From assembly GCA_964585405.1 (NCBI GenBank), contig CAZPDU010000070.1:1-34873 (forward strand): a stretch of DNA of 34,873 nucleotides, written 5' to 3'. The position numbers were made by a program, and so were the translations under genes. This document shows, piece by piece, positions 1 through 9,364 of the stretch. The notes under the pieces were generated by a model that was not told where the DNA came from, made no database searches, and was given only the letters and a program-made list of their open reading frames with translations. Source of the DNA: an uncultured Thermodesulfobacteriaceae bacterium (GTDB lineage: Bacteria > Desulfobacterota > Dissulfuribacteria > Dissulfuribacterales > UBA3076). Positions within the stretch are counted from its first letter, which is position 1. Every line of letters begins with the position of its first letter.

Positions 1-2
1 AA

Positions 3-1355
3 AAAATTGCTGTATTTGACTTGGGCGGGGGCACTTTTGACATCTCAATACTGGAGATAGGGGAAGGTGTGTTTGAAGTAAAATCCACTAACGGAGACAC
101 GTTCCTTGGGGGCGAGGACTTTGACCTTCGTATAGTTGATTGGCTGGCAGACGAGTTCAAGAAAGAGCACGGCATTGACCTTAGACAGGACCGCATGGCC
201 CTTCAGCGTCTAAAAGAAGCGGCTGAAAAAGCTAAGTGCGAGCTATCAAGCACTCCTGAGACTGAGATTAACCTGCCATTCATTACGGCTGATGCCAGTG
301 GTCCGAAACACTTGGTTGTCAAGCTCAGCAAGTCTAAGCTTGAGTCCCTGGTGGGAGATCTGATCGATCGCGTTGAAGGTCCGTGTCGGGTAGCTCTTAA
401 AGACGCCGGTCTCACTCCTGCTGATATAAACGAAGTTATACTGGTTGGCGGTATGACCCGCATGCCGAAGGTCCAAGAAAAGGTCTCAAAATTATTTGGA
501 AAAGAGCCTCACAAAGGCGTTAATCCCGATGAAGTTGTGGCAATAGGGGCCGCCATACAGGGAGCGGTCCTGAAAGGCGAAGTCAAGGACGTGCTACTCC
601 TGGATGTGACCCCGCTTTCCCTCGGTATTGAGACACTCGGTCAAGTTATGACTAAGCTGATTGAAAAAAACACTACTATTCCAACTCGAAAGAGCCAAAT
701 TTTTACGACTGCTGGCGATAATCAGAATGCCGTCACCATACACGTACTTCAGGGTGAGCGTGAAATGACAGCTGGCAACAAGACCATTGGGCGATTCGAG
801 CTGGTTGGAATCCCGCCGGCACCCCGTGGAGTGCCTCAGATAGAAGTCACTTTTGATATAGATGCTAATGGCATTCTTAAGGTATCAGCAAAAGACTTGG
901 CAACCGGCAAGGAGCAGTCCATCAGGATACAGGCCTCCAGTGGTCTCAGTGAAGAGGAAATCCAGAAAATGACCAAGGATGCCGAACTCCACGCCGAGGA
1001 AGATAAAAAACAAAGAAAGGCGGCGGAGGTCCGAAATCAGGCTGATACCTTGATTTACAGCACTGAAAAGAGTCTGCAGGAACTTGGAGACAAGGTAGAT
1101 ACTGCTACCAAAGATCAGATAAATGATAGAATCAAAGATCTCAGAAAGGCGATGGAGGGGATAGACATCGAGTCAATTCAAAAGGCACAGGATGAGCTTA
1201 TGCAGGCTTCTCACAAGCTTGCTGAAATGATGTATCAGCAGGCTGCCGGTTCTAAGACGGATGAAGCTAAAGACACATCCGGCAAGGGTGAAAAAGATAA
1301 AAAAGGTGGGGGAGATGACGACGTAGTAGATGCTGACTTTGAAGAGGTGAAATAA
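3..1355 (+). CDS. dnaK: Chaperone DnaK (Hsp70), 5'-truncated by window edge
   Basis: Frame is open from base 3 ([17 protein letters not shown]). Hsp70 motifs [39 protein letters not shown] and C-terminal [11 protein letters not shown]. Confidence 0.99.
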   Translation, partial: KIAVFDLGGGTFDISILEIGEGVFEVKSTNGDTFLGGEDFDLRIVDWLADEFKKEHGIDLRQDRMALQRLKEAAEKAKCELSSTPETEINLPFITADASGPKHLVVKLSKSKLESLVGDLIDRVEGPCRVALKDAGLTPADINEVILVGGMTRMPKVQEKVSKLFGKEPHKGVNPDEVVAIGAAIQGAVLKGEVKDVLLLDVTPLSLGIETLGQVMTKLIEKNTTIPTRKSQIFTTAGDNQNAVTIHVLQGEREMTAGNKTIGRFELVGIPPAPRGVPQIEVTFDIDANGILKVSAKDLATGKEQSIRIQASSGLSEEEIQKMTKDAELHAEEDKKQRKAAEVRNQADTLIYSTEKSLQELGDKVDTATKDQINDRIKDLRKAMEGIDIESIQKAQDELMQASHKLAEMMYQQAAGSKTDEAKDTSGKGEKDKKGGGDDDVVDADFEEVK

Positions 1356-1535
1356 GGATTTCTTCTTTTATGTCAAAAAACTGAAAATTCAGCAACTTGG
1401 ATGGAAGCGGGAGAGAGCTCGCTATTAATCAACTAGATCTTTCAATCTAGAATTCAAGAAATTAAATTGGTTGTATGTTGTATATAGAAATACTTATTGT
1501 ATTTCACATAAACTGTCCACGAGATTGGATGAGCT

Positions 1536-2186
1536 CTAATTAAGACAAGCGGCAAAACTCCCGTCATCCTGACTATTGAGTTCTATCCAGCCCTTGTCTT
1601 TTAGCATCCCCGGATTGAGTATAAGGGTACGCCCTATCCGATCTTCTCCTCTGGATTCGTGTATGTGGCCTGTAAAACAAAAATCAGGCTGTTTTTTTTC
1701 GATGAATTCCCTAATGGCTGTGCTGCCGACATGGACTCCACCGCCTATCAAGTCAGTAGCCGTGTTAAAAGGAGGAGTATGGGATATAAGGATCTTAATA
1801 GGTGCGTGGGTAACATATTCGTATGCTCTATTGACAATTTCACCTAGTTCTTCTTCAGAGAACTCGGTTGGAGTGTTAAAGGGAGTAGGATTAGATCCTC
1901 CTACACCGAAGATGCCCAAATCACCCAATAAGAATCCTTTACCATGGATATTGATACCAAGCTCATCCAGATATTTCGCTACTGATGCCTTATCCATATT
2001 ACCTGGAAGAGCACAAATTTTAGGATTAATACGCCGGATGACATCTATTATGGTTGAGGCGTCTTCTTTCTCTCCAAAATTTGTAAAATCCCCTGTAATT
2101 ATAACTAAGTCGGCCTTTGAAAGCCCAAGGATATTCTCTATACCAGCACAATCCAGATGAATATCACCAAAGGCTATAATACGCAC
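1536..2186 (-). CDS. Calcineurin-like metallophosphoesterase (Icc-related)
   Basis: Motifs GDIH, TGDFT, PGNMD, SHTPP, GHIHE. Start moved from the ORF-track 2276 to GTG at 2186 (MRIIAFGDIH), which has GGTGA 7 nt upstream. Confidence 0.9.
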   Translation of the reverse strand: MRIIAFGDIHLDCAGIENILGLSKADLVIITGDFTNFGEKEDASTIIDVIRRINPKICALPGNMDKASVAKYLDELGINIHGKGFLLGDLGIFGVGGSNPTPFNTPTEFSEEELGEIVNRAYEYVTHAPIKILISHTPPFNTATDLIGGGVHVGSTAIREFIEKKQPDFCFTGHIHESRGEDRIGRTLILNPGMLKDKGWIELNSQDDGSFAACLN

Positions 2187-2383
2187 TCGTTTATCACCAT
2201 TAAATGATTCTAAAGAAAGTCCAATCTGCCCATTTGCATCCTGAACTTTTTGCATCGAATCATTAACATTTATCAAAAAACAACCCTGCGAAGGGCTTGC
2301 TATATTTTCTGGCTTTATATTAAGCCTAGAAAACTTTATATTCTTCTCTGTTTTTTGCTATAGAATATTTAAAATTTTTCGTT

Positions 2384-2650
2384 TTAATAGGAACGTCTCT
2401 TCCTTCGGTCGTTTCGCGCCCTCGCCTCGTTTACCTTTAGACTTCGTCCATCGAGGTCCTTACCGTTAAGAGCTTTTATAGCGGCATCAGCATCAGCATT
2501 ATCCATTTCGGCGAAGCAAAAACCACGAGGTCTCCCTGTATCGCGATCCGTAATCCAGTTAAAGGACTCAATAGGCCCATACTGCTCAAGCATTTTGTGA
2601 ACTTCTGCTTCTGTGGTATTAAAAGGTAAATTCCCAATATAAAGTTTCAT
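2384..2650 (-). CDS. RRM-domain RNA-binding protein
   Basis: RNP2 LYIGNL, RNP1 RGFCFAEM, TDRDTGRPRG, LKVNEAR and an Arg-rich tail. ATG at 2650 with GAGGA upstream. Confidence 0.96.
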   Translation of the reverse strand: MKLYIGNLPFNTTEAEVHKMLEQYGPIESFNWITDRDTGRPRGFCFAEMDNADADAAIKALNGKDLDGRSLKVNEARARNDRRKRRSY

Positions 2651-2775
2651 CAATATATTCCTCTAAAAACAACTGCTATTCTCTAGTAGTGTTTTGGTCA
2701 AAATAAAATTTTAGTTTTATCAGTTACTCAGGTTTAAGAACCATTATAATTAAAATTGGTTGGAAAAATAAGACT

Positions 2776-2809
2776 AAAAAAGCGGGTCCTAGAAAATAAA
2801 CCCGCTTTT
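2776..2809 (-). terminator. Intrinsic terminator after the cold-shock gene
   Basis: Minus strand reads AAAAGCGGGT-ttattttctagg-ACCCGCTTTTTT: a 10-bp inverted repeat ending in a U tract, about 30 nt after the csp stop. Confidence 0.8.
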
Positions 2810-2837
2810 CAGTGCTGATTTCCTAGGCCAACCAGCA

Positions 2838-3035
2838 CTAGGAGCGCACGTTTGACGCCTGCGGACCCTTTGGCCCCTCAACCACATCAAACTCCACTTT
2901 CTGCCCTTCTTCTAGAGACTTGAATCCACTGCCCTCAATAGCGCTGAAGTGGACGAAGACATCAGGCCCATTCTCTTGAGAGATGAAACCAAAGCCTTTT
3001 TGATCATTGAACCATTTCACAGTTCCTTGTGCCAT
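2838..3035 (-). CDS. cspA: Cold-shock protein (CspA family)
   Basis: [37 protein letters not shown]. Strong RBS AAGGAGGT. Paralog letter is uncertain. Confidence 0.98.
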   Translation of the reverse strand: MAQGTVKWFNDQKGFGFISQENGPDVFVHFSAIEGSGFKSLEEGQKVEFDVVEGPKGPQASNVRS

Positions 3036-3185
3036 AAACTTTACCTCCTTTCCTAAAAACTATGGGCTCTTTCGACCCATGTGTTGCACTTGCCATGGTT
3101 TCGAAACGCCCAAACGGAAAGGATCCGTCTTGCAGGTGATTTCTGATCCATACAGAGTGTCATGTTTCTTCAAGGGCTTATCTAT

Positions 3186-3215
3186 AAAAAAAAGAGGCAC
3201 TCCTTGTAGCCTCTT
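3186..3215 (-). terminator. Intrinsic terminator/attenuator-like hairpin within the csp upstream region
   Basis: Minus strand AAGAGGC-tacaaggagt-GCCTCTT followed by 6 more T (8 T in total). Confidence 0.65.
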
Positions 3216-3287
3216 CTTTGACAGACCTGCCACTCGATAGCCTTATCGACCTACCTGTAGCTGATTTTCCAGCTATATAGTTTTATT

Positions 3288-3316
3288 ATATTAAGAAATA
3301 TCTTTTACAGTGTCAA
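3288..3316 (-). promoter_or_regulatory. Sigma70-type promoter pointing toward csp
   Basis: Minus strand TTGACA (3316-3311), 17 nt spacer, TAATAT (3293-3288). An overlapping TATAAT lies at 3290-3285. Confidence 0.65.
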
Positions 3317-3687
3317 TAAAAAAGGCGACTAATAAATAAAAGAATACGGATTATTTGTCAAAAAAACAGATAATTCTAGTTGTGTTTCTCTATCCTGAAA
3401 TATTGGGATAGGCCAAAGATACCTGTTAGAAATTCCATGTTGAGATGCTCCTTCTGACCTTATTTGGATTCTAAGACAGAATTCAAGATTTTATGATGAT
3501 CGTTCATAGTCTTGATCTTTAACAGACTATATATGAAAATATGGCATATGTATGAAATATTAATATAAAGAAGTCATCTCTACGCTTGTCTTATGTAATT
3601 AATAAGCCGGGTCCTATTCAAGGCCTTATAACTTTTTTGAACAGTCAACCTTAACCAGTAAACAGCACAGATATGTGTGCATAAAAG

Positions 3688-4266
3688 ATGAAAATAGAGA
3701 AAAGGAAAAAACTTAAAGAGTTATACCACCAGTACGAAATAGACGTGGCCAAGTTTAAAAAAGCAGCTGTATGTATAAAGGGCTGTGCTAACTGTTGTAT
3801 AGACGTGGGTAATATTGATATCACAACCCTCGAAGGTATTATTATCCATGAGCGGATGGCCACGTTCGAAGAACCATTAAAATCGGAGATAAAGGCTAGG
3901 CTGGCTAAAAACAAGATGGAGAGAGAAAAAAAAGTGCTTTCTCGATGCGCCTTTCTCAAAAAAGATAAGACTTGTATAATTTATGATATACGTCCTTTTA
4001 GTTGCAGGTGGCTATATTCAGTCAAAAATTGTGATGGCTCATCACCTACAGTTCACCGCCAGGCATTAAACTTGGCTAAAAATACAGTGAAAAAGATACA
4101 ACAGCTTGATTCTATTGGATATTCAGGGCATATCAGTTTTATTTTATCTCTGCTGGACAATGAAGAATTCAGGAAGCTTTATCTGAGAGGTAAATTCAAT
4201 CCTCAAAAGATAGCACATTTCGGACGAAGTCATGGGCTATCGATTAATCTAACTGCCTCCAGATAA
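3688..4266 (+). CDS. YkgJ-family cysteine-cluster (CxxCxxCC) Zn/Fe-chelating protein
   Basis: CIKGCANCC and CAFL...CIIYDIRPFSCR motifs. Confidence 0.88.
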   Translation: MKIEKRKKLKELYHQYEIDVAKFKKAAVCIKGCANCCIDVGNIDITTLEGIIIHERMATFEEPLKSEIKARLAKNKMEREKKVLSRCAFLKKDKTCIIYDIRPFSCRWLYSVKNCDGSSPTVHRQALNLAKNTVKKIQQLDSIGYSGHISFILSLLDNEEFRKLYLRGKFNPQKIAHFGRSHGLSINLTASR

Positions 4267-4375
4267 AATTAAGAATTAAGCAAAGAATATCAATCATGTC
4301 GAAACGCCAGGATGCACTGAATTTCATCTTTAATATTTTAATATTGATAAGTTGTTTTTCATAAGGACCTTTTCT

Positions 4376-5515
4376 CTATTCATAGTGCTGATAGGTCAAA
4401 TATCCAGAGGCCCTGCATAAGGCATCTCGCCTTGCATCTAGTATATCCTTTTTCACCATTTCGCGTATCATGTCTCTAAAACTGATTTTGGGCCGCCAGT
4501 CCAATTGCACTGATGCCTTGGATGGATCTCCGATCAACGCATCGACTTCGGTTGGTCGAAAATAACGTGAATCTATGGCTACAACCACATCACCGGGTTT
4601 AGGCATCTTGCGTCGCTGTTCTTCAGACAGGGCAGGGGAATCCTCTATGCTTTTGAGAATACCTTTCTCCAATAGATCCTTTCCTTCCCATTCGATTACC
4701 ATTCCTGCTTCCATAAATGTCAGTTCACAAAATTCTCTTACAGAGTGCTGTTCTCCTGTGGCAATTACATAATCATCCGGTTCATTTTGCTGGAGCATAA
4801 GCCACTGAGCCTCAACAAAGTCCCTGGCATGGCCCCAGTCTCTCCTTGAGTTCAGGTTACCTAGATAAAGCCTATCTTGAAGACCAAGGCCTATGCGGGC
4901 TACCGCGCGAGTGATCTTGCGAGTTACAAAAGTCTCGCCACGAATAGGTGACTCGTGATTGAACAGAATGCCATTGCACGCATAAATGCCATATGCCTCA
5001 CGATAATTGATTGTAATCCAATATGCATAGACCTTTGCCGCAGCATATGGGGAGCGGGGATAAAATGGAGTGGTTTCCTTCTGCGGCACCTCGCGAGCAG
5101 CACCGAACATTTCTGATGACGAGGCCTGATAGAAACGGGTCTTCTGTGTTAGTCCAAGAAGTCGAATTGATTCCAAAAGCCGCAAGGTCCCAAGTGCGTC
5201 TGAATTAGCGGTATATTCAGGGGTCTCGAACGACACCTGGACATGACTCTGTGCTGCCAAATTGTAAATTTCATCCGGCTGAACATCTTGAACAATGCGG
5301 ATCAGGTTAGTTGCGTCAGTGAGATCTCCGTAATGGAGAATCATGCGCCGGTCAGGTTCATGAGGATCCTGGTATAGGTGGTCAATACGGTCTGTATTGA
5401 AAAGGGAGGCCCTTCTCTTTATACCATGAACCTCATAATCTTTTTTTAACAAAAATTCAGCAAGATATGCTCCATCCTGTCCAGTGATGCCTGTTATAAG
5501 TGCCTTTTTCCGCAT
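4376..5515 (-). CDS. gmd: GDP-mannose 4,6-dehydratase
   Basis: [66 protein letters not shown]. Confidence 0.99.
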   Translation of the reverse strand: MRKKALITGITGQDGAYLAEFLLKKDYEVHGIKRRASLFNTDRIDHLYQDPHEPDRRMILHYGDLTDATNLIRIVQDVQPDEIYNLAAQSHVQVSFETPEYTANSDALGTLRLLESIRLLGLTQKTRFYQASSSEMFGAAREVPQKETTPFYPRSPYAAAKVYAYWITINYREAYGIYACNGILFNHESPIRGETFVTRKITRAVARIGLGLQDRLYLGNLNSRRDWGHARDFVEAQWLMLQQNEPDDYVIATGEQHSVREFCELTFMEAGMVIEWEGKDLLEKGILKSIEDSPALSEEQRRKMPKPGDVVVAIDSRYFRPTEVDALIGDPSKASVQLDWRPKISFRDMIREMVKKDILDARRDALCRASGYLTYQHYE

Positions 5516-5623
5516 GAGCTTAAGTTACCTTTCTCCCAGAGGTTATGTATTTCGAAGTAACATAGGCATTCCTGTCTTTTTTCTCGCACTTTCCGCAATA
5601 TTTACGATTTGCATGGTCTGGGT

Positions 5624-6580
5624 TCATTTATAGAATCTGCTGGAGCGCAAACTTAGGCCATTTTGATAATATTTATAAGTCATGGCAATTCCATCGCGTA
5701 ATCCGATACGTGCTTTCCAGCCCATGGCCTGCAACTTGGAGACATCTGAGAGCTTCCTTAATGTGCCATCAGGCTTTGTTCTGTCCCACAGGATCTCTCC
5801 TTGATGCCCTGTGATCTCCTGAATAAGTTTGGCCAATCGCTCAATCGAAATATCCTTTCCCGTCCCTACATTCAGGATATTTTCAGGTGCTATTTCCCTT
5901 GACATTGAAAATATGCATGCATCAGCCAAGTCGTCTACATACAGGAATTCCCGCTTAGGCTGGCCCGTCCCCCAGAGCGTAACCGGAGTATGCCCGGAAA
6001 GTTTGGCTTCGTGAAATTTGCGGAGTATGGCAGGGAGGACATGGGAATCTTCAAGGTCAAAATTATCGCCGGGACCATAAAGATTCGTAGGCATTAGAGA
6101 AAAAAAATTACAACCATGCTGTCTTGCATAGGCCTGACACAACTTAAGACCGGCAATCTTGGCAACGGCGTATGGTTCATTCGTTGGTTCCAGAGGGCCG
6201 GTCAGAAGATACTCTTCACGAATGGGCTGGGGACAATCCTTGGGATAAATACATGAACTGCCGAGAAATAACAGTCTACGAACACCAAAACGATAAGCAG
6301 CGTGAATCACATTTGTTGAAATTGCAAGATTGTCATATATGAAGTCAGCAGGATAGCTGCTGTTCGCAAAAATACCACCTACTCTGGCTGCTGCTAAAAA
6401 GACGAATTCCGGACGCACCTCCTCAAAAAAACGCATTACCGCCCCCTGATCCCTGAGGTCCAGTTCCGAGCTAGTTTTGAGTACGAGATTTAAATAACCT
6501 GCTGCCTGAAGTCGTCTTGTGATGGCAGATCCTACCAGACCACGATGGCCCGCAATATAGATTCGACTGTTAGTTTCTAT
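5624..6580 (-). CDS. fcl: GDP-L-fucose synthase; conserved N-terminus begins at an ATA codon
   Basis: LAAARVGGI, LGSSCIYP, LEPTNEPYAVAK, MPTNLYGP, SHVLPA. The frame stays open 48 codons upstream of the ORF-track ATG (6436), giving (I/M)ETNSRIYIAGHRGLVGSA, the NADPH-binding motif. An in-frame TAG lies two codons before the ATA. Confidence 0.95.
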   Translation of the reverse strand: METNSRIYIAGHRGLVGSAITRRLQAAGYLNLVLKTSSELDLRDQGAVMRFFEEVRPEFVFLAAARVGGIFANSSYPADFIYDNLAISTNVIHAAYRFGVRRLLFLGSSCIYPKDCPQPIREEYLLTGPLEPTNEPYAVAKIAGLKLCQAYARQHGCNFFSLMPTNLYGPGDNFDLEDSHVLPAILRKFHEAKLSGHTPVTLWGTGQPKREFLYVDDLADACIFSMSREIAPENILNVGTGKDISIERLAKLIQEITGHQGEILWDRTKPDGTLRKLSDVSKLQAMGWKARIGLRDGIAMTYKYYQNGLSLRSSRFYK

Positions 6581-6706
6581 ATCCTATTTCCTTTTAAAAA
6601 TATGCGATCAAGCCCTCTTAATTAAGCTAATGACTTACTGTCAACTCTATAAACAAAATTATTTTAAAATATATAAAGTATCTTGACAAGTAATGCCGAT
6701 ACATAA

Positions 6707-6729
6707 TATGAGTAAAAATATTACTCATA
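6707..6729. promoter_or_regulatory. Perfect inverted repeat, putative operator
   Basis: TATGAGTAA-aaata-TTACTCATA, located between TTGACA (6683-6688) and the start of the wHTH gene (6742), in the divergent fcl/wHTH intergenic region. Confidence 0.7.
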
Positions 6730-6741
6730 AGGTGTTTATGA

Positions 6742-7290
6742 ATGGAAAATTTGTTTGCAGGGCTCATAGCCTCAAAGACCAGAGTAAAACTGTTGATCCG
6801 TTTCTTTTTTAACCCGAAGGCACGTTCATACCTGAGAGAACTAGCCAAAGAATTCAATGTTTCAACGAATTCGGTTCGGGAAGAACTCAATCAGCTTACA
6901 AGGACAAAACTACTCATATCCAAAAGAGACGGCCGCCAGGTCTATTATTCAGCAGATACCAGTCATCCGCTTTTTCCCGAACTCAAATCAATGGTGAGCA
7001 AGGTAATGGGAATCGATCAGGTCATTGACGGTATCATCAACAGGTTGGGTGATATTGAAGAGGCATATCTGATTGATGACTATGCAGAAGGCAAGGATAC
7101 GGGCATAATTGATCTTCTGTTGGTAGGAGATGTGGATCAATATCATCTGAATGATTTGAGTAGAAAAACAGAACGCTATATTAAGAGAAAAATACGCACA
7201 CTGGTACTAAGCAGGGATGAGTATAAAAACCTGTTGCCAAAATTAAAAAAGCGGCATTGCATACTGATATGGCAGGCAAAGAAAGAATAA
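6742..7290 (+). CDS. ArsR-like winged-HTH protein fused to a degenerate minimal nucleotidyltransferase-like domain
   Basis: N-terminal SKTRVKLL...YLRELAKEFNVSTNSVREELNQL...GRQVYY (wHTH). C-terminal AYLIDDYAEGKDTGIIDLLLVG resembles the Pol-beta-type MNT motif. Confidence 0.8.
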   Translation: MENLFAGLIASKTRVKLLIRFFFNPKARSYLRELAKEFNVSTNSVREELNQLTRTKLLISKRDGRQVYYSADTSHPLFPELKSMVSKVMGIDQVIDGIINRLGDIEEAYLIDDYAEGKDTGIIDLLLVGDVDQYHLNDLSRKTERYIKRKIRTLVLSRDEYKNLLPKLKKRHCILIWQAKKE

Positions 7291-7294
7291 GTCT

Positions 7295-8602
7295 ATGGTT
7301 CCCATAAATTTGGAGGGTTTTAAACGCTATTTTGTCAATACTTCATGGTTGCTGGGCCATCGTGTATTGAGCATGGTTGTTGCCCTTTTTGTAGGAGTTT
7401 ATGTTGCCAGATATCTCGGTCCGGAAAAATTTGGACTTTTAAACTACGCGGCTAGCTTTGTCAGTCTTTTTGCAGCGCTGGCAACTCTTGGCCTTGACGG
7501 TATTATAGTACGGGAACTGATCAAGGCTCCGGAACACGGAAATGAACTGCTTGGCACTGTTTTCTGCTTAAAAGCAGGCGGTGCAGTCTTGATGTGGATT
7601 GCCATCGCAGTCGCGGTTCCTTTTACCCATAATGATACTCAAACCAATATCTTAATTGTTATCATCGCATTTGCCGTTATCCTCCAGGCATTTAACGTCA
7701 TTGATCTTAATTATCAGGCAGAGGTAAAATCAAAATATGTGGTATACGCCCAACTTGTCTCCCTAATCACATCTTCAATAGCTAAACTGGTGTTTGTCTG
7801 GACAGGGGCACCGCTTGTCTGGTTTGCATGTGTCTTTCTGCTTGATGCGTTTGTGCAGGCAATGGGACTGCTTGCTGTATATCTGAAAAATACGGGCAAA
7901 ATTTGGTATTGGAGATGGAAATGGCAGACTGCAAAGACATTGTTGAGTGATAGCTGGCCGTTGATATTGTCAGGAATGGTGATTGCAATTTATATGAAGA
8001 TCGATCAGGTGATGATTAAGGAAATGCTGGATGCCTCGGCAGTTGGGAATTATGCGGCCGCAGTGAGATTGAGCGAGGCATGGTATTTTATACCCATGGC
8101 AATTACGTCATCTGTTTTCCCGGCTATTATCAATGCCAAAAAACAGAGTGAAGAGCTTTACAATCAGAGATTGCAGAAATTATATGATTTGATGGTCTGG
8201 CTATCGCTGTCTATTGCAATACCTACTACGTTTCTGGCTCCCCGGGTAATCAAATTATTGTATGGGCAGGCCTTTTTACCGGCGGCAGGGGTTTTGAGTA
8301 TTCATATCTGGGCTGGGGTGTTTGTGTTTTTGGGATGTGCGAGCGGGAAGTGGTTACTTACAGAAAATTTGCAGATTTTTTCAACGATTAATACAAGTAT
8401 AGGTGCAATACTAAATATAATTTTAAATTATATTCTAATAAAAAAAATAGGAATTAATGGTGCAGCTATATCGACATTGATATCATATTTTATAGCAGCC
8501 TATTTTTGTTTATTTTTCTTTGAAAGAACAAGAATAAACTTTATTAAGTTGACAAAAAGTTTATGTCTAAAAGGAATTTTTAGTGTTAAAGAGAATAGCT
8601 AA
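7295..8602 (+). CDS. wzx: Wzx-type oligosaccharide flippase (MOP/PST family)
   Basis: Hydrophobic multi-pass protein with ARYLGPEKFG, IYMKIDQVMI, VGNYAAAVRLSE, GINGAAISTL. Confidence 0.93.
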   Translation: MVPINLEGFKRYFVNTSWLLGHRVLSMVVALFVGVYVARYLGPEKFGLLNYAASFVSLFAALATLGLDGIIVRELIKAPEHGNELLGTVFCLKAGGAVLMWIAIAVAVPFTHNDTQTNILIVIIAFAVILQAFNVIDLNYQAEVKSKYVVYAQLVSLITSSIAKLVFVWTGAPLVWFACVFLLDAFVQAMGLLAVYLKNTGKIWYWRWKWQTAKTLLSDSWPLILSGMVIAIYMKIDQVMIKEMLDASAVGNYAAAVRLSEAWYFIPMAITSSVFPAIINAKKQSEELYNQRLQKLYDLMVWLSLSIAIPTTFLAPRVIKLLYGQAFLPAAGVLSIHIWAGVFVFLGCASGKWLLTENLQIFSTINTSIGAILNIILNYILIKKIGINGAAISTLISYFIAAYFCLFFFERTRINFIKLTKSLCLKGIFSVKENS

Positions 8603-9335
8603 AATAATCTTACCTAAATATGTAATAAAAAAACTCAATATTATTAATAATAATTATTTTGATGGATATGCTCTTAAATCATATTCTCAAGAAGGTGAAG
8701 ATATGATTTTAAGAAGATTATTCGAAAAACAGAAAAAAGGTTTTTATGTAGATATTGGTGCACATCATCCAAAACGATTTTCTAACACATTCTTTTTTTA
8801 TAAAAATGGATGGCGTGGTATAAATATTGATGCAATGAAAAATAGCATGTATTTATTTAATAAAATAAGACCAAGAGATATTAATATAGAAATTCCGATT
8901 TCGGATAAAAAACAGAAACAAAAATATTATATGTTTAACGAACCAGCATTAAATACCTTCTCAAATGAGATCGCAGCAAAAAGAAATAATAAGGATATTT
9001 ATAATATTATATGTGAAAAAGAGATGGAAACTTCAACTCTCGAAGAGATATTTAACAGATATTTGCCAAGTGGCCAGGAAATCGATTTCATGTCTATTGA
9101 TGTTGAGGGACTTGATTTACAAGTCCTTAAATCAAATGATTGGAGCCGATTTAGACCGAAATTTGTATTGGTAGAGATGCTAAATTGTTCAATCAAAGAT
9201 ATAGCAATATCAAGAACATATAAATATCTTTCTGAGTTTGAATACGACTTCTTTGCAAAGACTTTGAACACAGTTTTTTTCCAAAGAGTGGATATTAAAG
9301 ACCAAAGTTTAGTGGCTAAAACCCAAAAGATTTGA
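8583..9335 (+). CDS. FkbM-family SAM-dependent methyltransferase
   Basis: SYSQEGED, FYVDIGAHHP, WRGINID, IDFMSIDVEG. GTG start overlaps the end of wzx. Confidence 0.92.
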   Translation: MLKRIAKIILPKYVIKKLNIINNNYFDGYALKSYSQEGEDMILRRLFEKQKKGFYVDIGAHHPKRFSNTFFFYKNGWRGINIDAMKNSMYLFNKIRPRDINIEIPISDKKQKQKYYMFNEPALNTFSNEIAAKRNNKDIYNIICEKEMETSTLEEIFNRYLPSGQEIDFMSIDVEGLDLQVLKSNDWSRFRPKFVLVEMLNCSIKDIAISRTYKYLSEFEYDFFAKTLNTVFFQRVDIKDQSLVAKTQKI

Positions 9336-9364
9336 ATACTCAACTATAACATTTCGTATATAAA

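Noticed and set aside
1576-2160. 194-aa plus-strand ORF and the many other short ORFs antisense or out of frame to real genes (e.g. 203-463, 8999-9343, 16857-17240, 24473-24868, 34206-34562)
   Set aside because: They lie wholly within well-supported genes and have no recognisable motifs; shadow ORFs.
3007-3240. 77-aa plus-strand ORF over the csp leader
   Set aside because: It overlaps the csp start and its structured leader on the opposite strand, with no RBS or motif.
6742-7290. MNT-HEPN toxin-antitoxin or Abi defence module
   Set aside because: No HEPN or other toxin partner is adjacent and the NTase catalytic motif is degenerate.
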